A DNA stretch of 63,558 nucleotides, filler included, from Octopus bimaculoides (GCF_001194135.2; 6 parts of 6 records of this genome joined end to end with filler, not necessarily neighbours in it), one strand, 5' to 3'. Positions 11,706 through 24,066 are shown, numbered from the whole stretch's first letter. The notes: generated from the letters alone by a model not told the origin. Made by a program: numbers and translations.

Positions 11706-12015
11706 AAAACCTCATGTGTCACCCGCACAAGAGCCAGCCCAGGGGCACCGGCAACGATCCTGCTCGGAAGATTTCATGTGTCGCCCACACATGAGCCAAT
11801 CCAGGGGCACCGGCAACGATCCCACTCGAAAGATTTCATGTGTCGCCCGCACATGAGCCAGTCCAGGGGCACTGGCAACGATCTCGCTCGAAAATCCTAC
11901 GACGGTCCCACACAAGAGCCAGTTCAGGGGCACTGGCAACGAACTCACTCGAATAATTTCATGTGTCACCCACACATGAGCCAGTCCAGGTGCACTGGCA
12001 ACGATCCCGCTCGAA
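11706..12015. repeat. Tandem array of five ~62-bp units derived from a family D internal module
   Basis: tcatgtgtc starts at 11712, 11774, 11836 and 11959; the unit core gagccagtccaggggcactggcaacga matches 18566-18590. Confidence 0.9.
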
Positions 12016-12290
12016 AGATATATATATATATACTATATATAGCCATCTAAGAAACCATAAGTCAGGAAAAAATGCACACGTATATTTGGCAGTAGAGAAA
12101 GTATGTTAATCGAAGTGCACAGTATTATATATCCATTATGGCTAATCTAACCAATTGGTTTCGCACTAGAGTTTTAATGGAGTTTTAGGTAACAGTCTGC
12201 ACTCTTCAGAGATGGCAATTATTATTGCTATCTGTGATCAGCTGTAATGGATACATAATACTGTGTACTTTGATTAATATATTCATTTAT

Positions 12291-12656
12291 TCTTTTACTT
12301 GTTTCAGACATTTGACTGTGGCCATGCTGGAGCACAGCCTAAAGGGTTTTAGTTGAAGAAATCAACCCCCAGGTCATTTTCATTGTAAACCTAGTATTTA
12401 TTCTATTGACCTCTTTTGCCTAACTGCTAAGTTACAGAGGACATAAACTCAGCATTGGTTCTCAAGCGATGGTGGGAGAACAAACACAAACACATATATA
12501 TGACAGGCTTCTTTCAGTTTCCACCTAAAAAATCCATTCACAAGACCCTGGTTGGCTTGAAGCTATTGTAAAAGACACTGGCGCAAGGTGCCACATAGTG
12601 GGATTGAACCTGGAACCATGTGGTTGGGAAGCAAGCTTCTTACCACATGGCCATGC
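12291..12656 (-). mobile_element. SINE family A, full length, CpG-decayed
   Basis: Reverse complement of the family A head, body and tail, with a short central tract. Confidence 0.88.
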
Positions 12657-12672
12657 TTCTGTATGTATATAT

Positions 12673-12925
12673 ATCATCATCATCATCATCATTGTTTAAC
12701 GTCCGCTTTCCATGCTGGCATGGGTTGGACGGTTTGACTTAGGACTGGTGAGCCAGAGGCTGCACCAGGCTCAATCTGACCTGGCAATGTTTCTAAAGCT
12801 CGATGTCCTTCCTAATGCCAACCACTCAGAGAGTGTAGTGGGTGCTTTTACATGACACCGGCATGAGTACCAGTCAGGGGGTTCTGGCAACGACCATGCC
12901 CAAAAGGTGTTTTTTTACATGCTAC
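12673..12925 (-). mobile_element. Family D copy
   Basis: (CAT)n followed by gtttaacgtccgctttccatgctggcatgggttggacgg...ggctgcaccaggctc. Confidence 0.85.
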
Positions 12926-13616
12926 CAATGGAAAAAAAAAACAATAAAAACAACAAAAGTCAGTTGAATGTACAGAGAGAAATAATAGATTAATGCTCGG
13001 TGATAGTTTTAGATAGAAAAATTGGAGAAGAAATAACATTTTGAGCATAACTCTTTGTCAGTTAGGTGAAAATGTCCAGAGAAGAGGAAATGGAGGAAGG
13101 AGCAGATAGTCCAGAGAAAAAGCACATGCGTGCCTCTGTGTGTGTGTGTGTTTGTGCGTGTGCATGTATTTTCCAAAATTCTGAAAAATGCAAATGAAAC
13201 CTCAAAGTAGAAACCTGCTTCAATTTCAAATAACTGACTGTACTCTACATGTAAAGGTGATTAGTTTCTCTCTGGCCTTCAGATGTGGGTGTGCATATCT
13301 GTCTGTCAGTCTGTCTATCTGTCTGTCGGTTTGTCTGCTTGTCTGTCGTTCTGCCTGTCTGTCTGTTGTCTCAGTAGAAGAGATAGTGAAAGAAAAAGTG
13401 GTGAACCCCTAGTGGCAATAAGGAAATAAGAAAAAGTGGTGAACCTCAGCATATTACTAGTATTTGATTTATAACTACCAGGCATGACAAGACATCACAA
13501 AACAAAGGAATCACCATTACAAATGTAGATTGTCTGCTCTGTAACATATATTAATACAACCAAATCCACTAAGATATATATATAGATATAGATATATACA
13601 TATGTATATATATATA

Positions 13617-13653
<37 letters not shown>

Positions 13654-13934
13654 AGAATAAGGGCATGGAATCGTCAATTAATAATAGAATTAATAATTAA
13701 CAATTTTGCCAAGTAGTTCAGTATGAAAAAAACCTTTATCNNNNNNNNNNNNNNNNNNNNNNNNNNNNNNNNNNNNNNNNNNNNNNNNNNNNNNNNNNNN
13801 NNNNNNNNNNNNNNNNNNNNNNNNNNNNNNNNNNNNNNNNNNNNNNNNNNNNNNNNNNNNNNNNNNNNNNNNNNNNNNNNNNNNNNNNNNNNNNNNNNNN
13901 NNNNNNNNNNNNNNNNNNNNNNNNNNNNNNNNNN

Positions 13935-13964
<30 letters not shown>

Positions 13965-13968
<4 letters not shown>

Positions 13969-14150
13969 TATCTCGGTACAGAACATCACCAACAGTAAAC
14001 AACATGAAATACGTAAACATGAATTCAATACACAAACAACGAGAGAAAAAAATGGAAAACAGGACAAGTAACACAAAGAACGACCCTTCATCAGTTGTTG
14101 GCTGTCTATCTACTCCTCATTTTAAGCATTGAACGACAATATGAGTCTTT
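13965..14150 (-). mobile_element. Family F copy
   Basis: Reverse-complement match to 2160-2330. Confidence 0.7.
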
Positions 14151-14642
14151 GAAGACAGTTACTCCCATAAATGCCAAAATAAAATTTTGGATTTATGGAG
14201 GGTCAAAGTTGGGAACAAAAACAGGGCAGTGGAGACATACAAGGAAACCGAATGAAAACAAACATGGAGGGTCATCAGACCAGAACGAGGGTAAAATAGT
14301 GAATGCTGGAGAAATTTTTTCTTTGAAAAGAGAAAAGAAAGAAGAGAAGTGTAGAAGACGTCCAGTCCTTAGGACGTCCAGGAGGAAAAGAAAGATGGTC
14401 ACATGAGTAAAAGAAAGATGGATGATGGCCACGTGTGAGCAATGAGAGAGAGAGAGAAAAAGAGAAACAAGGGGAGAGAGATAGACAGATAGAAAATGGT
14501 GAAGGGGAGAAAAAGGGAAATAGTGAAGGATGGGGGAGACAACAGTATAAAGTCACATCAAAAAGGTTAAGATAAACTTACTTAGAAATAGATGTGTGGT
14601 GTTCAATTAAATAATCATACAAATAATATATATAAATATGTA

Positions 14643-15445
14643 TAGGAGTGGCTGTGTGGTAAGTAGCTTGCTTACGAACCACATGGTTCCGGGTTCAGTC
14701 CCACTGCGTAGCACCATGGGAAAGTGTCTTCTACTATAGCCTCAGGCCGACAAAGCCTTGTGAGTGGATTTGGTAGACGGAAACTGAAGCCCGTCGTATA
14801 TATGTATATATATATGTGTATATATATATATATGTATATGTGTATGTGTGTATATATGTATATGTGTATGTGTGTATATATGTATGTGTGTGTGTGTATA
14901 TGTTTGTGTGTCTGTGTTTGTCTCCTCCAACATCGCATGACAACCGATGCTGGTGTGTTTACATCCCCATAACTTAGCGGTTCGGCAAAAGAGACCAACA
15001 GAATAAGTACTAGGCTTACNNNNNNNNNNCAGTCCCACTGCGTAGCACCATGGGAAAGTGTCTTCTACTATAGCCTCAGGCCGACCAAAGCCTTGTGAGT
15101 GGATTTGGTAGACGGAAACTGAAGCCCGTCGTATATATGTATATATATATGTGTATATATATATATATATGTATATGTGCATGTGTGTATATATGTATAT
15201 GTGTATGTGTGTATATATGTATGTGTGTGTGTGTATATGTTTGTGTGTCTGTGTTTGTCTCCCCCAACATCGCATGACAACCGATGCTGGTGTGTTTACA
15301 TCCCCATAACTTAGCGGTTCGGCAAAAGAGACCAACAGAATAAGTACTAGGCTTACAAAGAATAAGTCCTGGGATCGATTAGCTCAACTGAAGGCAGTGC
15401 TCCAGCATGGCCACAGTCAAATGACTGAAACAAGTAAAAGAGTAA
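14643..15445 (+). mobile_element. SINE family A, present twice (14643-15019 and 15030-15445) across a 10-N gap; probably one locus assembled twice
   Basis: Both copies share private variants (gcgtagcaccatgggaaag, aaactgaagcccg, catcgcatgacaacc, gagaccaacagaat). Confidence 0.88.
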
Positions 15446-15701
15446 AGAGTAAAAGAGCATATTTGTGTGTGTTGGGCAACACTTATTCCTCACTTAGTCC
15501 AAAATTCTTCCCTCTCTTTTACACATTCTGTACACCATTTTTCTTTCACCCTTTGTTTCATTTCCCAAACACTTCTTATCTCTTTCATCTAACTGTTTCT
15601 GCCACAAAGCTAATCTAATTTCTTTTACAGGAAATTCCCCATTGTTATTCTCCTACATGGGAGGAGAATGTTTTATTTTGCATATTTGAATCCAAGCGCA
15701 C

Positions 15702-15756
<55 letters not shown>

Positions 15757-16384
15757 TACATTCTAAACATGCTTAGTTATATATATATATATATCTAAAT
15801 ACGTTCAAAAGAATATACCATTCAATATATTATACAGACATATACATTTCGACATATGCACAGCACTACAAATACGCTCTCTTCAAATTTATATACACAC
15901 TTCTCAATGAACACATACTCTTCAACATACATTACAAATATATACACAACATTACAAACACAAATACATGCACTTCAACATAACATAACTTGACAAAAAC
16001 ACGTTCTGCAACATACACACAGCTCTAGAAAAGCATAAGTTCTTCAACATAATACACATACAGCTACACAAAACATAGTCTTCAACATCAAAAACACATA
16101 ACTCTATGAGCCAACAAGGGATCGTCTTTGTGCTCTTTCTAGAACTAGCAACCAAATAAATCTATCAAACTACTTTCTTTTCTATCTTTAGAAGAACAAA
16201 ATACTCTAAAATGTTCACTCCTAAAATAAAGGACAGTCAAATGATGGAAAGTCAACAAAGAAAAAGACAAACACACAATATACTACATCAATGGACATCA
16301 AAGGAGAACATTTTTTTTTTCCTTTTTTAAGATAGTGCTTTTGTATAAAAAAAAAAAAAACATTGAAATGATTACAAATATCCC

Positions 16385-16480
16385 AACATGGTGAAATTTG
16401 AACTCAGAACGTAAAGACAAACAAAATACCATTTAAGGATTTTGCCCAGCATGCTAACAATTCTGCCAGCTCGCTGCCTT
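16385..16480 (-). mobile_element. SINE family B head, CpG-decayed
   Basis: gaaatttgaactcagaacgtaaagac...gctaacaattctgccagctc matches 43510-43588. Confidence 0.8.
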
Positions 16481-17034
16481 CAAAGCTATAAATATTACAT
16501 TACTCCAAAATCAACCTAAGGAAACACTTTCATCAAAGTAAATAAAAACTTCCCCATGTATGACGTAAATATCAAAATTATACAAGAAACAAAACTCTGC
16601 CACAGATTTTCTATCCTAAGTTCTAAAGCCTTGACAGATTAACCATTTTGTTGGACCATCTACGGTCACAAGGGGTGTGGAGGGGTTGGTACACCCTGGG
16701 TAACACTTTTATGGTGGTGGCACCACTTTTGGGTCTGCTGTAAGCAATATGTATGTTTTGTGTGAACCCAGAGGTGGCAAACTGAAGGGCCACTCTGGCT
16801 GGCACACATGCTAGCTACTACACTAACACCTACAGTCATGTAACAATAATTCATTAATACACATCTAACCTCCTAATTCTATGCTTGCCCTCAGTGCTAC
16901 AGGATCTGCCTATCTCATATCGGTTTTGTCAGCCATGTCTGCTTCCATGAGAAACAATGCACCAGAAGTGGAGGATGAGTGTCTTGGATTGACACTGTCA
17001 TTACCTTTGATGGGTTTTTTTTTTCTTGCCTTTA

Positions 17035-17470
17035 ACCCTCCAAGTTCAGGCCACTTATAACTGAATTCCATGTCGCATAATTTTTCGCTTCTGTTCTTAT
17101 ACTCTGCCAGAGTATAAGTACTCTGTATTTATACTCTGCCTTTCTCTGGTTCCTTTTGTGTTGATCTATGCCACGAGTTCTTAGGCCTACCCCTCTTTCT
17201 ATATCCATCCAGATTCCACTATAAAGCACTTTTCGCTACATTTGGTGTGTTTTTTCTAATTGTGCTACCAATCCACTTCCACCTTTTCTTAAATATTTGC
17301 TCCCTAATCGAAATTTGATTTGTTCTTTGCCATAGCCCCATATTGCTTATGTGTTCGGGCCATCTAATTTTAAGTATACTACGCAAGCACCTGTTGATGA
17401 ATGATTGTATTTGCTTATTTAACTTAACTGCTGATGGTTTATACTGAATATAAATGTTTGCCAAATTTTT
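17035..17470 (-). pseudogene. RTE-clade LINE C-terminal fragment (a different family from 1050-2065)
   Basis: QSFINRCLRSILKIRWPEHISNMGLWQRTNQ...KRWKWIG and W.LDGYRKRGRPKNSW, typical of the RTE post-RT region. Confidence 0.85.
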
Positions 17471-18258
17471 TTACCTTGTCATAAGCAAAGCACTACGCAG
17501 CTAACTTACCGAAACACCATAACTAATTTTTGCCACAGTTCCACTTTATGCTGGATCAATATGGATTGGTGTTTATGTTTGACACTACCACTGATGCTTG
17601 AAGTTTTCTTACCAGTAATAACCATAGCTAATGGTAACTTTAAGCTCAATAAACAGAGGATCTCTCAAAATTATGGTGTCTCTGTTAACATGTGAAGTGT
17701 AAATAATGCATGTAAACATACAATACACATAACACCATCTGTGGTCATGCAGTAAACAAGACTAGCCATTGGAATTTTAAGTCCCCTCTAGTAATTTATC
17801 CTGATTGAAGAAGGTACCAGATCATCAGTTACCAAAAAATCCCTGGTGAGCATGTACCGGAGATTATATCTCTCAAAAGACAGGCAATAACAAATGACAA
17901 TGTAAGTTTCAAAATATGCATCCCATCGGGCATTCAGTACATAGATAGCAAAAAGGACACTCAAATACTATTGGGGCAAGACAATATAACTACAAATGCA
18001 AATATTCAGCGTACAACAATGGAAAACAATTACAAATTTAACATATACATTGCACCCAATAACCTCACTAACCATACCACCTGGCTACACATCCCAAATT
18101 AAAACAGTCCTATAAATCATTACCAGTGAAAACTTCATTGTGTATAACACATTTTGGTACAAAAACAATTCAGATAACACACAAGGGGAGATAACAGCAT
18201 CACATCAAAATACCTTATTTTTCCTAGGCAACTCATACCAACACATTCATATCCATTA

Positions 18259-18595
18259 CCATCATCGTTTAACGTCCGCTTTCCATGTTAGCATGGGTTG
18301 GATGATTTGACTGAGGACTGGTGAACCAGATGGCTGCACCAGGCTCCAATTTGATTTGGCAGAGTTTCTACAGCTGGATGCCCTTCCTAATGCCAACCAC
18401 TCTAAGAGNNNNNNNNNNGAGTTTCTACAGCTGGATGCCCTTCCTAATGCCAACCACTCTAAGAGTGTAGTGGGTGCTTTTACGTGCCACCAGCATGAAG
18501 GCCAGTCAGGCGGTACTGGCAATGGCCACGCTCAAAATGGTGTATTTTATGTGCCACCTGCACAGGAGCCAGTCCAGCGGCACTGGCAGCTACAA
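18259..18595 (-). mobile_element. Family D copy, CpG-decayed; 47-bp overlap duplicated across a 10-N gap
   Basis: Same motifs as the 12673 copy; 18362-18408 is identical to 18419-18465. Confidence 0.85.
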
Positions 18596-18745
18596 CAAAT
18601 CTTCATCTGCTATGCATACCTAGCTACAATAATCACAAGGGGAAACCATTACCCAGTCTTCTTCTGACCACTTTCCCTGTAACCATGACTCATTATGACA
18701 TCAATGAACAAAATAAAAAGCATTTTTCTCAAAGTTCAAAAATAC

Positions 18746-18803
18746 CTGCTTCCAACAAGAGACAGAACTGCATTTTCATATTCAAAGTCATCAACATATA
18801 CTA
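18746..18803 (-). other. Candidate exon B (58 nt, or 55 nt with the tandem CAG/TAG acceptor)
   Basis: Acceptor tttattgcatactgCAG(TAG), donor CAG|GTATTT; frames read VYVDDFEYENAVLSLVGS or YMLMTLNMKMQFCLLLEA. Confidence 0.25.
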
Positions 18804-19217
18804 CTGCAGTATGCAATAAACACAATACGATAATTTCAGAAGCTGATCTCACGAGGCAACATAAAACATGCAACAGAAATAGCCAAGCTGATAACAAGTG
18901 AAAATATAAAATTGCCGACGCTGCACACTCAGGAATAAAAACCAACATAAAGTAATTAGTCAGAAAAGAACAAAGAAATAAACTTGAAAAAAAAAACAGG
19001 TAAAAAATTTGGCAAACATTTATATTCAGTATAAACCATAAAATAATAGTCAAAGTAATTACCATCAACAACTCTATCAACTGCCACACTACATCACATG
19101 ATATAATAACTACTTCAATACTTACACTCCAAAAGAACTAAATCGCTCTTTCAAATGCTTGCCAAACTTAGCCGGTAAAACCACAAGCACACAAAGGCAG
19201 AAACACAAAATGCCCAC

Positions 19218-19259
19218 CTTCCGTGTGTTCTGTTTAACAATGGCAGAATTTTCAAAGGC
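19218..19259 (-). other. Candidate exon A (42 nt)
   Basis: Acceptor tttttggtatatgttttgttAG, donor AAG|GTGGGC; reads AFENSAIVKQNTRK in phase 0. Confidence 0.25.
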
Positions 19260-19438
19260 CTAACAAAACATATACCAAAAATAAATAGCATCTGAAGGAA
19301 TTATTGCTTCATTAACATCTTCAACTAATTGGCGATGTGATTGAGAAGCTCGTTTCTAACTGTGTGCTCTTGGGTTCAGCCTCAGAACAACAAAAGCCTT
19401 GCAAGTGGACTTGGTTGTTGGCAATATTTATATATATA

Positions 19439-19538
19439 NNNNNNNNNNNNNNNNNNNNNNNNNNNNNNNNNNNNNNNNNNNNTTAATTAATTAANNNNNN
19501 NNNNNNNNNNNNNNNNNNNNNNNNNNNNNNNNNNNNNN
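19439..19538. other. Artificial scaffold-join linker
   Basis: 44 N + TTAATTAATTAA + 44 N. Confidence 0.95.
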
Positions 19539-19872
19539 TTTTCAAAATACAAAGACCTGCAAATAGAGGTAACTCGAATGTGGAATCTAAAAACAGAAAC
19601 AATTCCTAACATAGTAGGTGCCTTAGGTATAATAAAAAAATATTGAGACAAATACGTAACAAAAACACCAGGACTTACAAATATATATAACATACAGAAA
19701 ATTGCACTACAGGGTACTGCACACATTCTACGCAAAGCACTTTCAATACAGTAAACATAAGAGCACCACAGCAAACCACAGCACATACCCAAGGCGCACA
19801 GAGCTGCGCTCGGTAGTGAAGTGAAAGCACGTTATAAAAATTAAACTACTGAATAATAATAATAATAATAAT
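19539..19872 (+). mobile_element. R4/Dong-clade non-LTR retrotransposon 3' end with (TAA)n tail
   Basis: SKYKDLQIEVTRMWNLKTETIP.IVGALG...QKIALQGTAHILRK, then a UTR and aataataat repeats. Confidence 0.8.
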
Positions 19873-19959
19873 TTCAATTGTGAGTGAAAATGCCAAACGA
19901 AATAAATGACATTAATGGTATGAAAGGGACTGGAACCAATGGTCAAAGTGTGGCAGCCG

Positions 19960-21230
19960 GTAGGTGCCCCAGTGTGCAGCAGGTTGTACCCGGTGGTAAT
20001 CCAACAACTGCTTGCTTTAAGGCATAGATGGAGTAGACAGCTAAACATGATGGTTATGGAGTGTTACTACCCGAGCACCCCAGTGAATGCGAATTGCGTG
20101 ACTGTCAGAGTGTACAGAAATCGAATGCACAGTGAATGGACGTAATGGAACAGTTCGAACTTACTGAACAGAGATTATATGACCAAGCAAGAGCAATACG
20201 ATATAATGGAGTGGGGGGTAACAGAATTGGAGCTTGAAGCTATTAAAAGAAAGATATCGGGTGAGTTTAGTCATGCGAGAAATCAAAGTGGTATAGTGAA
20301 AGAGATGTACAATTGTTCGCAAGATATAATACCGTGAATTGTGAAAGACTTGAGATCAGTGACTTCTCAAATAATGAAGATTGATTAATAATAAACAGAA
20401 TTTTGGATCCATTAAATATAGAAGGGACAGAATTTATGTGCAACTTTAAGAAGGTTAACCAGTGGAGACTAAATCAAAAGATGAATAAAGTCAATATTGT
20501 ACTGCGACACATTGAAACAAAGGATCTCACACAAACAAATAATCTTATCAAGACTGCTAGTAGGATTGTTGTGAAAAGGAGGGAAAGGATTGAGAACTAC
20601 TGAGAATAGTGCAGCAAACAGCTTCTTATTCCCAGAAAATGGCTATCCGGTTCACAGAAGACAGTATCAGAAATAGGAGTAAACAGATAAGCAATTAGTA
20701 GGCAGCAAGACCTGATGGGGTACAGGGATTTTGGATTAAAATGTTCAGTAGTACCCATAACTTGATCGGAGTAACATTAAATGCATTGATCAAGGGAAAA
20801 AAGAAATCTCGAGCTGGTTCACTAAAAGAAGAACGGTGTTGTGCTTCAAGGATGAATCAAAGGGAAATGTTGCTGACAATTACAGACCAATCTCCTGCCT
20901 CCCATTAAAGAGGAAGTTACTGTCAGGAGGAATGTTAGACGAACTGTATGAATTTCTTGATGAAATCGATTCATTACTGCCGGAACAAAAAGGCTGCAGA
21001 AGGAGATGCAGATGTGCTAAATATCAACAATTGATAAAGAAAATGTTAATGCAAGATTATAAACGAAAGAAAATAAATTTGGGAATGGCCTGGATTGACT
21101 ATCGCAAAGCTTACGGTATGATTCCACGTTCGTGAATCATCGAGTGATTAGATGTCTTTGGAATTGCAAGGAATGTAACGTGTTTTCTGAAAAGAAGTAT
21201 GGTGAGATGGGAAACTGAGCTATATGTAAT
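19960..21230 (+). pseudogene. R4/Dong-clade retrotransposon, decayed N-terminal region and first RT motifs
   Basis: NMMVMECYY, EQRLYDQARAI, ELELEAIKRKI, NYRPISCLPL, LLPEQKGCRR, NLGMAWIDYRKAYGMIP; many stops. Confidence 0.85.
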
Positions 21231-23092
21231 CGTTTTTCACATGCTAAAATATATATCAATATTCTTATAAAACACATGTCAAAACTTGAATATGATGTAT
21301 GCCTGAGAGAAATCTATGCTTGCCTTAAAATCGATGTGTTCACCAATACAACTCATGAAAGTCTATGAACAACTAATATTGTTTTGGAACGCGTAAAATA
21401 TTTCTGTGGAAAATGTCAGTAGATATGTCTGAAGTGGTGTTCTATATCATGATTTTATCTATTAAAATTTACCGTTGGTAATGATTATCGAAAATTTACA
21501 TAGAAAGCACATGCAATTATTTAGCTTAAATAAAACAAAGACAAGCTCCTGTGAATGATAAGGTAATCTTTACAAAGTGGATAATCTTACATTCACAAGA
21601 CATCTGGAAGTTTTTTTATTAGTGTACAGACTCTAGTAAATGACATAGCTTCTAATGGAACAGTCTATATTACAGTATATATTACATCTTCAGAAATATC
21701 GTAAATTCTTCGTGAATTGCTAATTAGATATTACATTAAAGAAATGAGTGTTTGCTTCCTTAGTGGACACTAAATGTCTACTTATTTCTTCCACTAAGCT
21801 AGTTAAGCTCTACAAGTATACATTAGATTCTATTAAGAGCAGAACTATGCAGCAGCTGCAATTTCAAATGAATTTTGATATTCAATAAACAAGAACCTCG
21901 CACTAAAGGTCATAGATATTAGGAACGTATTTGCCTTCAAGACATGAGCATAATCGAGCTGAAACTTTTTGAAATTGCATAGCTTTTCTTTGATAAATCC
22001 TTCCAAGGCAAACTGAATAGCAGAGAGTTACAATCACCCGAACAGGGTGTTTTAACGAAGCTGAAACATGAACTACTGTGATTATCCCTCCCACGTTTAC
22101 CCTGGAAAATGTGAACCATTGTCGTGTACATCTTAAGCACACTAATATCAACAGAATGTTAGGAAAAATCTAATTCATACTGACAAAAATACTAAACTTT
22201 CCTTTAGCATCAGTGACAGTATGAGCAGAAATATTTACTTGGAAAGCATAAAAAGCAAACACGATAAATTTAACCTAATAGAGGAAAGAATGAGATAAAA
22301 CAATGCATTCACCTTATGCCGAATTTTGTGCCTTCGCTGAACATAATAAAGAAGTTGATACAACCAAAGATATATGTAACGAGAAAGAACACAAGCAAAT
22401 ATTTTTTAAAAAGAGGTTAAAGAAGACCACATGGCACAGAAAACTGATAAATTTAGATGCAAGTTGTCTTGTGACTTGATTTTTCCAGCTTGTACTTGGT
22501 GTGCTGTAACTATTTGAATAATTTTGGCATCCTCAGAACAAGAAGGAATAGGAAATATCAGACATATAGAAATCCAAAGGCCTTACTACACGAACGCAAT
22601 TGCACTGGCGATTCATAAATATCTATACTGAAAAGAACAGGGATTAAAAAAAATAAACAGCATAAAGTGCTGAATGAGAGAGGAAAAATATTTTGAATAT
22701 CATTTAGAAAAAAGCCGTATAGCAGCGTTACAAAGAAATATCGGCACATTTAGATCAAATAACTCAAATATGTTCTCCAAGTGCAACTTAAGTATATCCA
22801 AAGATCTACTTAATTCGCGTAAATTATAGCTGGAAATAGCACATATTTGCCTACATCAGACTACTTTTATGGGGGAATATATTTTTTGCAGACAATGTTG
22901 TTCAAAACTGAAATATCTATATATAGATTTGTGAATGCATTCTCAAAGTGATCTTGTTTACATGTTTCACAGAAGTGGCATATTTCAAACAGAATGTATG
23001 TATGTATGTATGTATGTATGTATGTATGTATGTATGTATGTATGTATGTATGTCATTGTTCAGTTCTATTTCAATATTTCTTGCCAATGGAA

Positions 23093-23305
23093 GACGAGAG
23101 CTGGCAGAAACGTTAGCACGCCGGGTGAAATGCTTAGCGGTATTTCGTCTGTCTTTACGTTCTGAGATCAAATTCCGCCCAAGTAGACTTTGCCTTTCAT
23201 AATTTCGGATGGATAAATTAAGTACCAGTAGCGCACTGGGGTTGATCTAATCGACTGGCTCCTTCCCCCAAAATTTCGGACCTTGTGCCTAGAGTAGATA
23301 AGAAT
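23093..23305 (+). mobile_element. tRNA-type SINE family B, near full length, CpGs retained
   Basis: gagctggcagaaacgttagcacgccggg...B-box-like gagatcaaattcc...ccttgtgcctagagtag. Confidence 0.88.
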
Positions 23306-23904
23306 ATTTCTTGCCAATAGGGAAAGAGCCGGTTTCTAATCTAGATCCAAGGCTCCTTCACTGGAATTTCAAATGCAACATGTATGTATGTATTANNNNN
23401 NNNNNNNNNNNNNNNNNNNNNNNNNNNNNNNNNNNNNNNNNNNNNNNNNNNNNNNNNNNNNNNNNNNNNNNNNNNNNNNNNNNNNNNNNNNNNNNNNNNN
23501 NNNNNNNNNNNNNNNNNNNNNNNNNNNNNNNNNNNNNNNNNNNNNNNNNNNNNNNNNNNNNNNNNNNNNNNNNNNNNNNNNNNNNNNNNNNNNNNNNNNN
23601 NNNNNNNNNNNNNNNNNNNNNNNNNNNNNNNNNNNNNNNNNNNNNNNNNNNNNNNNNNNNNNNNNNNNNNNNNNNNNNNNNNNNNNNNNNNNNNNNNNNN
23701 NNNNNNNNNNNNNNNNNNNNNNNNNNNNNNNNNNNNNNNNNNNNNNNNNNNNNNNNNNNNNNNNNNNNNNNNNNNNNNNNNNNNNNNNNNNNNNNNNNNN
23801 NNNNNNNNNNNNNNNNNNNNNNNNNNNNNNNNNNNNNNNNNNNNNNNNNNNNNNNNNNNNNNNNNNNNNNNNNNNNNNNNNNNNNNNNNNTATATATATA
23901 CATA

Positions 23905-24066
23905 TATACAACGGGCTTCTTTCTATTTCTGTTTACCAAATCCATTCACTAGGGTTTGGTCGGCCCGGGGTTATAGTAGAAGACACTTGCCTGAGGTACC
24001 ACGCAGTGGGACTGAACCCGGAATCATGTGGTTCGTAAGCAAGCTACTTACTACGCAGTCTCTCCT
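23905..24066 (-). mobile_element. SINE family A, 5' half
   Basis: Reverse complement of the head and body (gtgggactgaacccgga..catgtggttcgtaagcaagctactt). Confidence 0.85.

Noticed and set aside
11706-12015. CRISPR-like appearance of the 62-bp array
   Set aside because: There are no unique spacers or cas genes; the units are contiguous, SINE-derived and in a eukaryotic context.
15631-15700. Plus-strand acceptor followed by KFPIVILLHG (hydrolase-like)
   Set aside because: There is no convincing donor, it runs into (CA)n, and it conflicts with the minus-strand signals.
19400-19600. A biological methylation boundary or promoter at the CpG transition
   Set aside because: It coincides with an artificial scaffold join.
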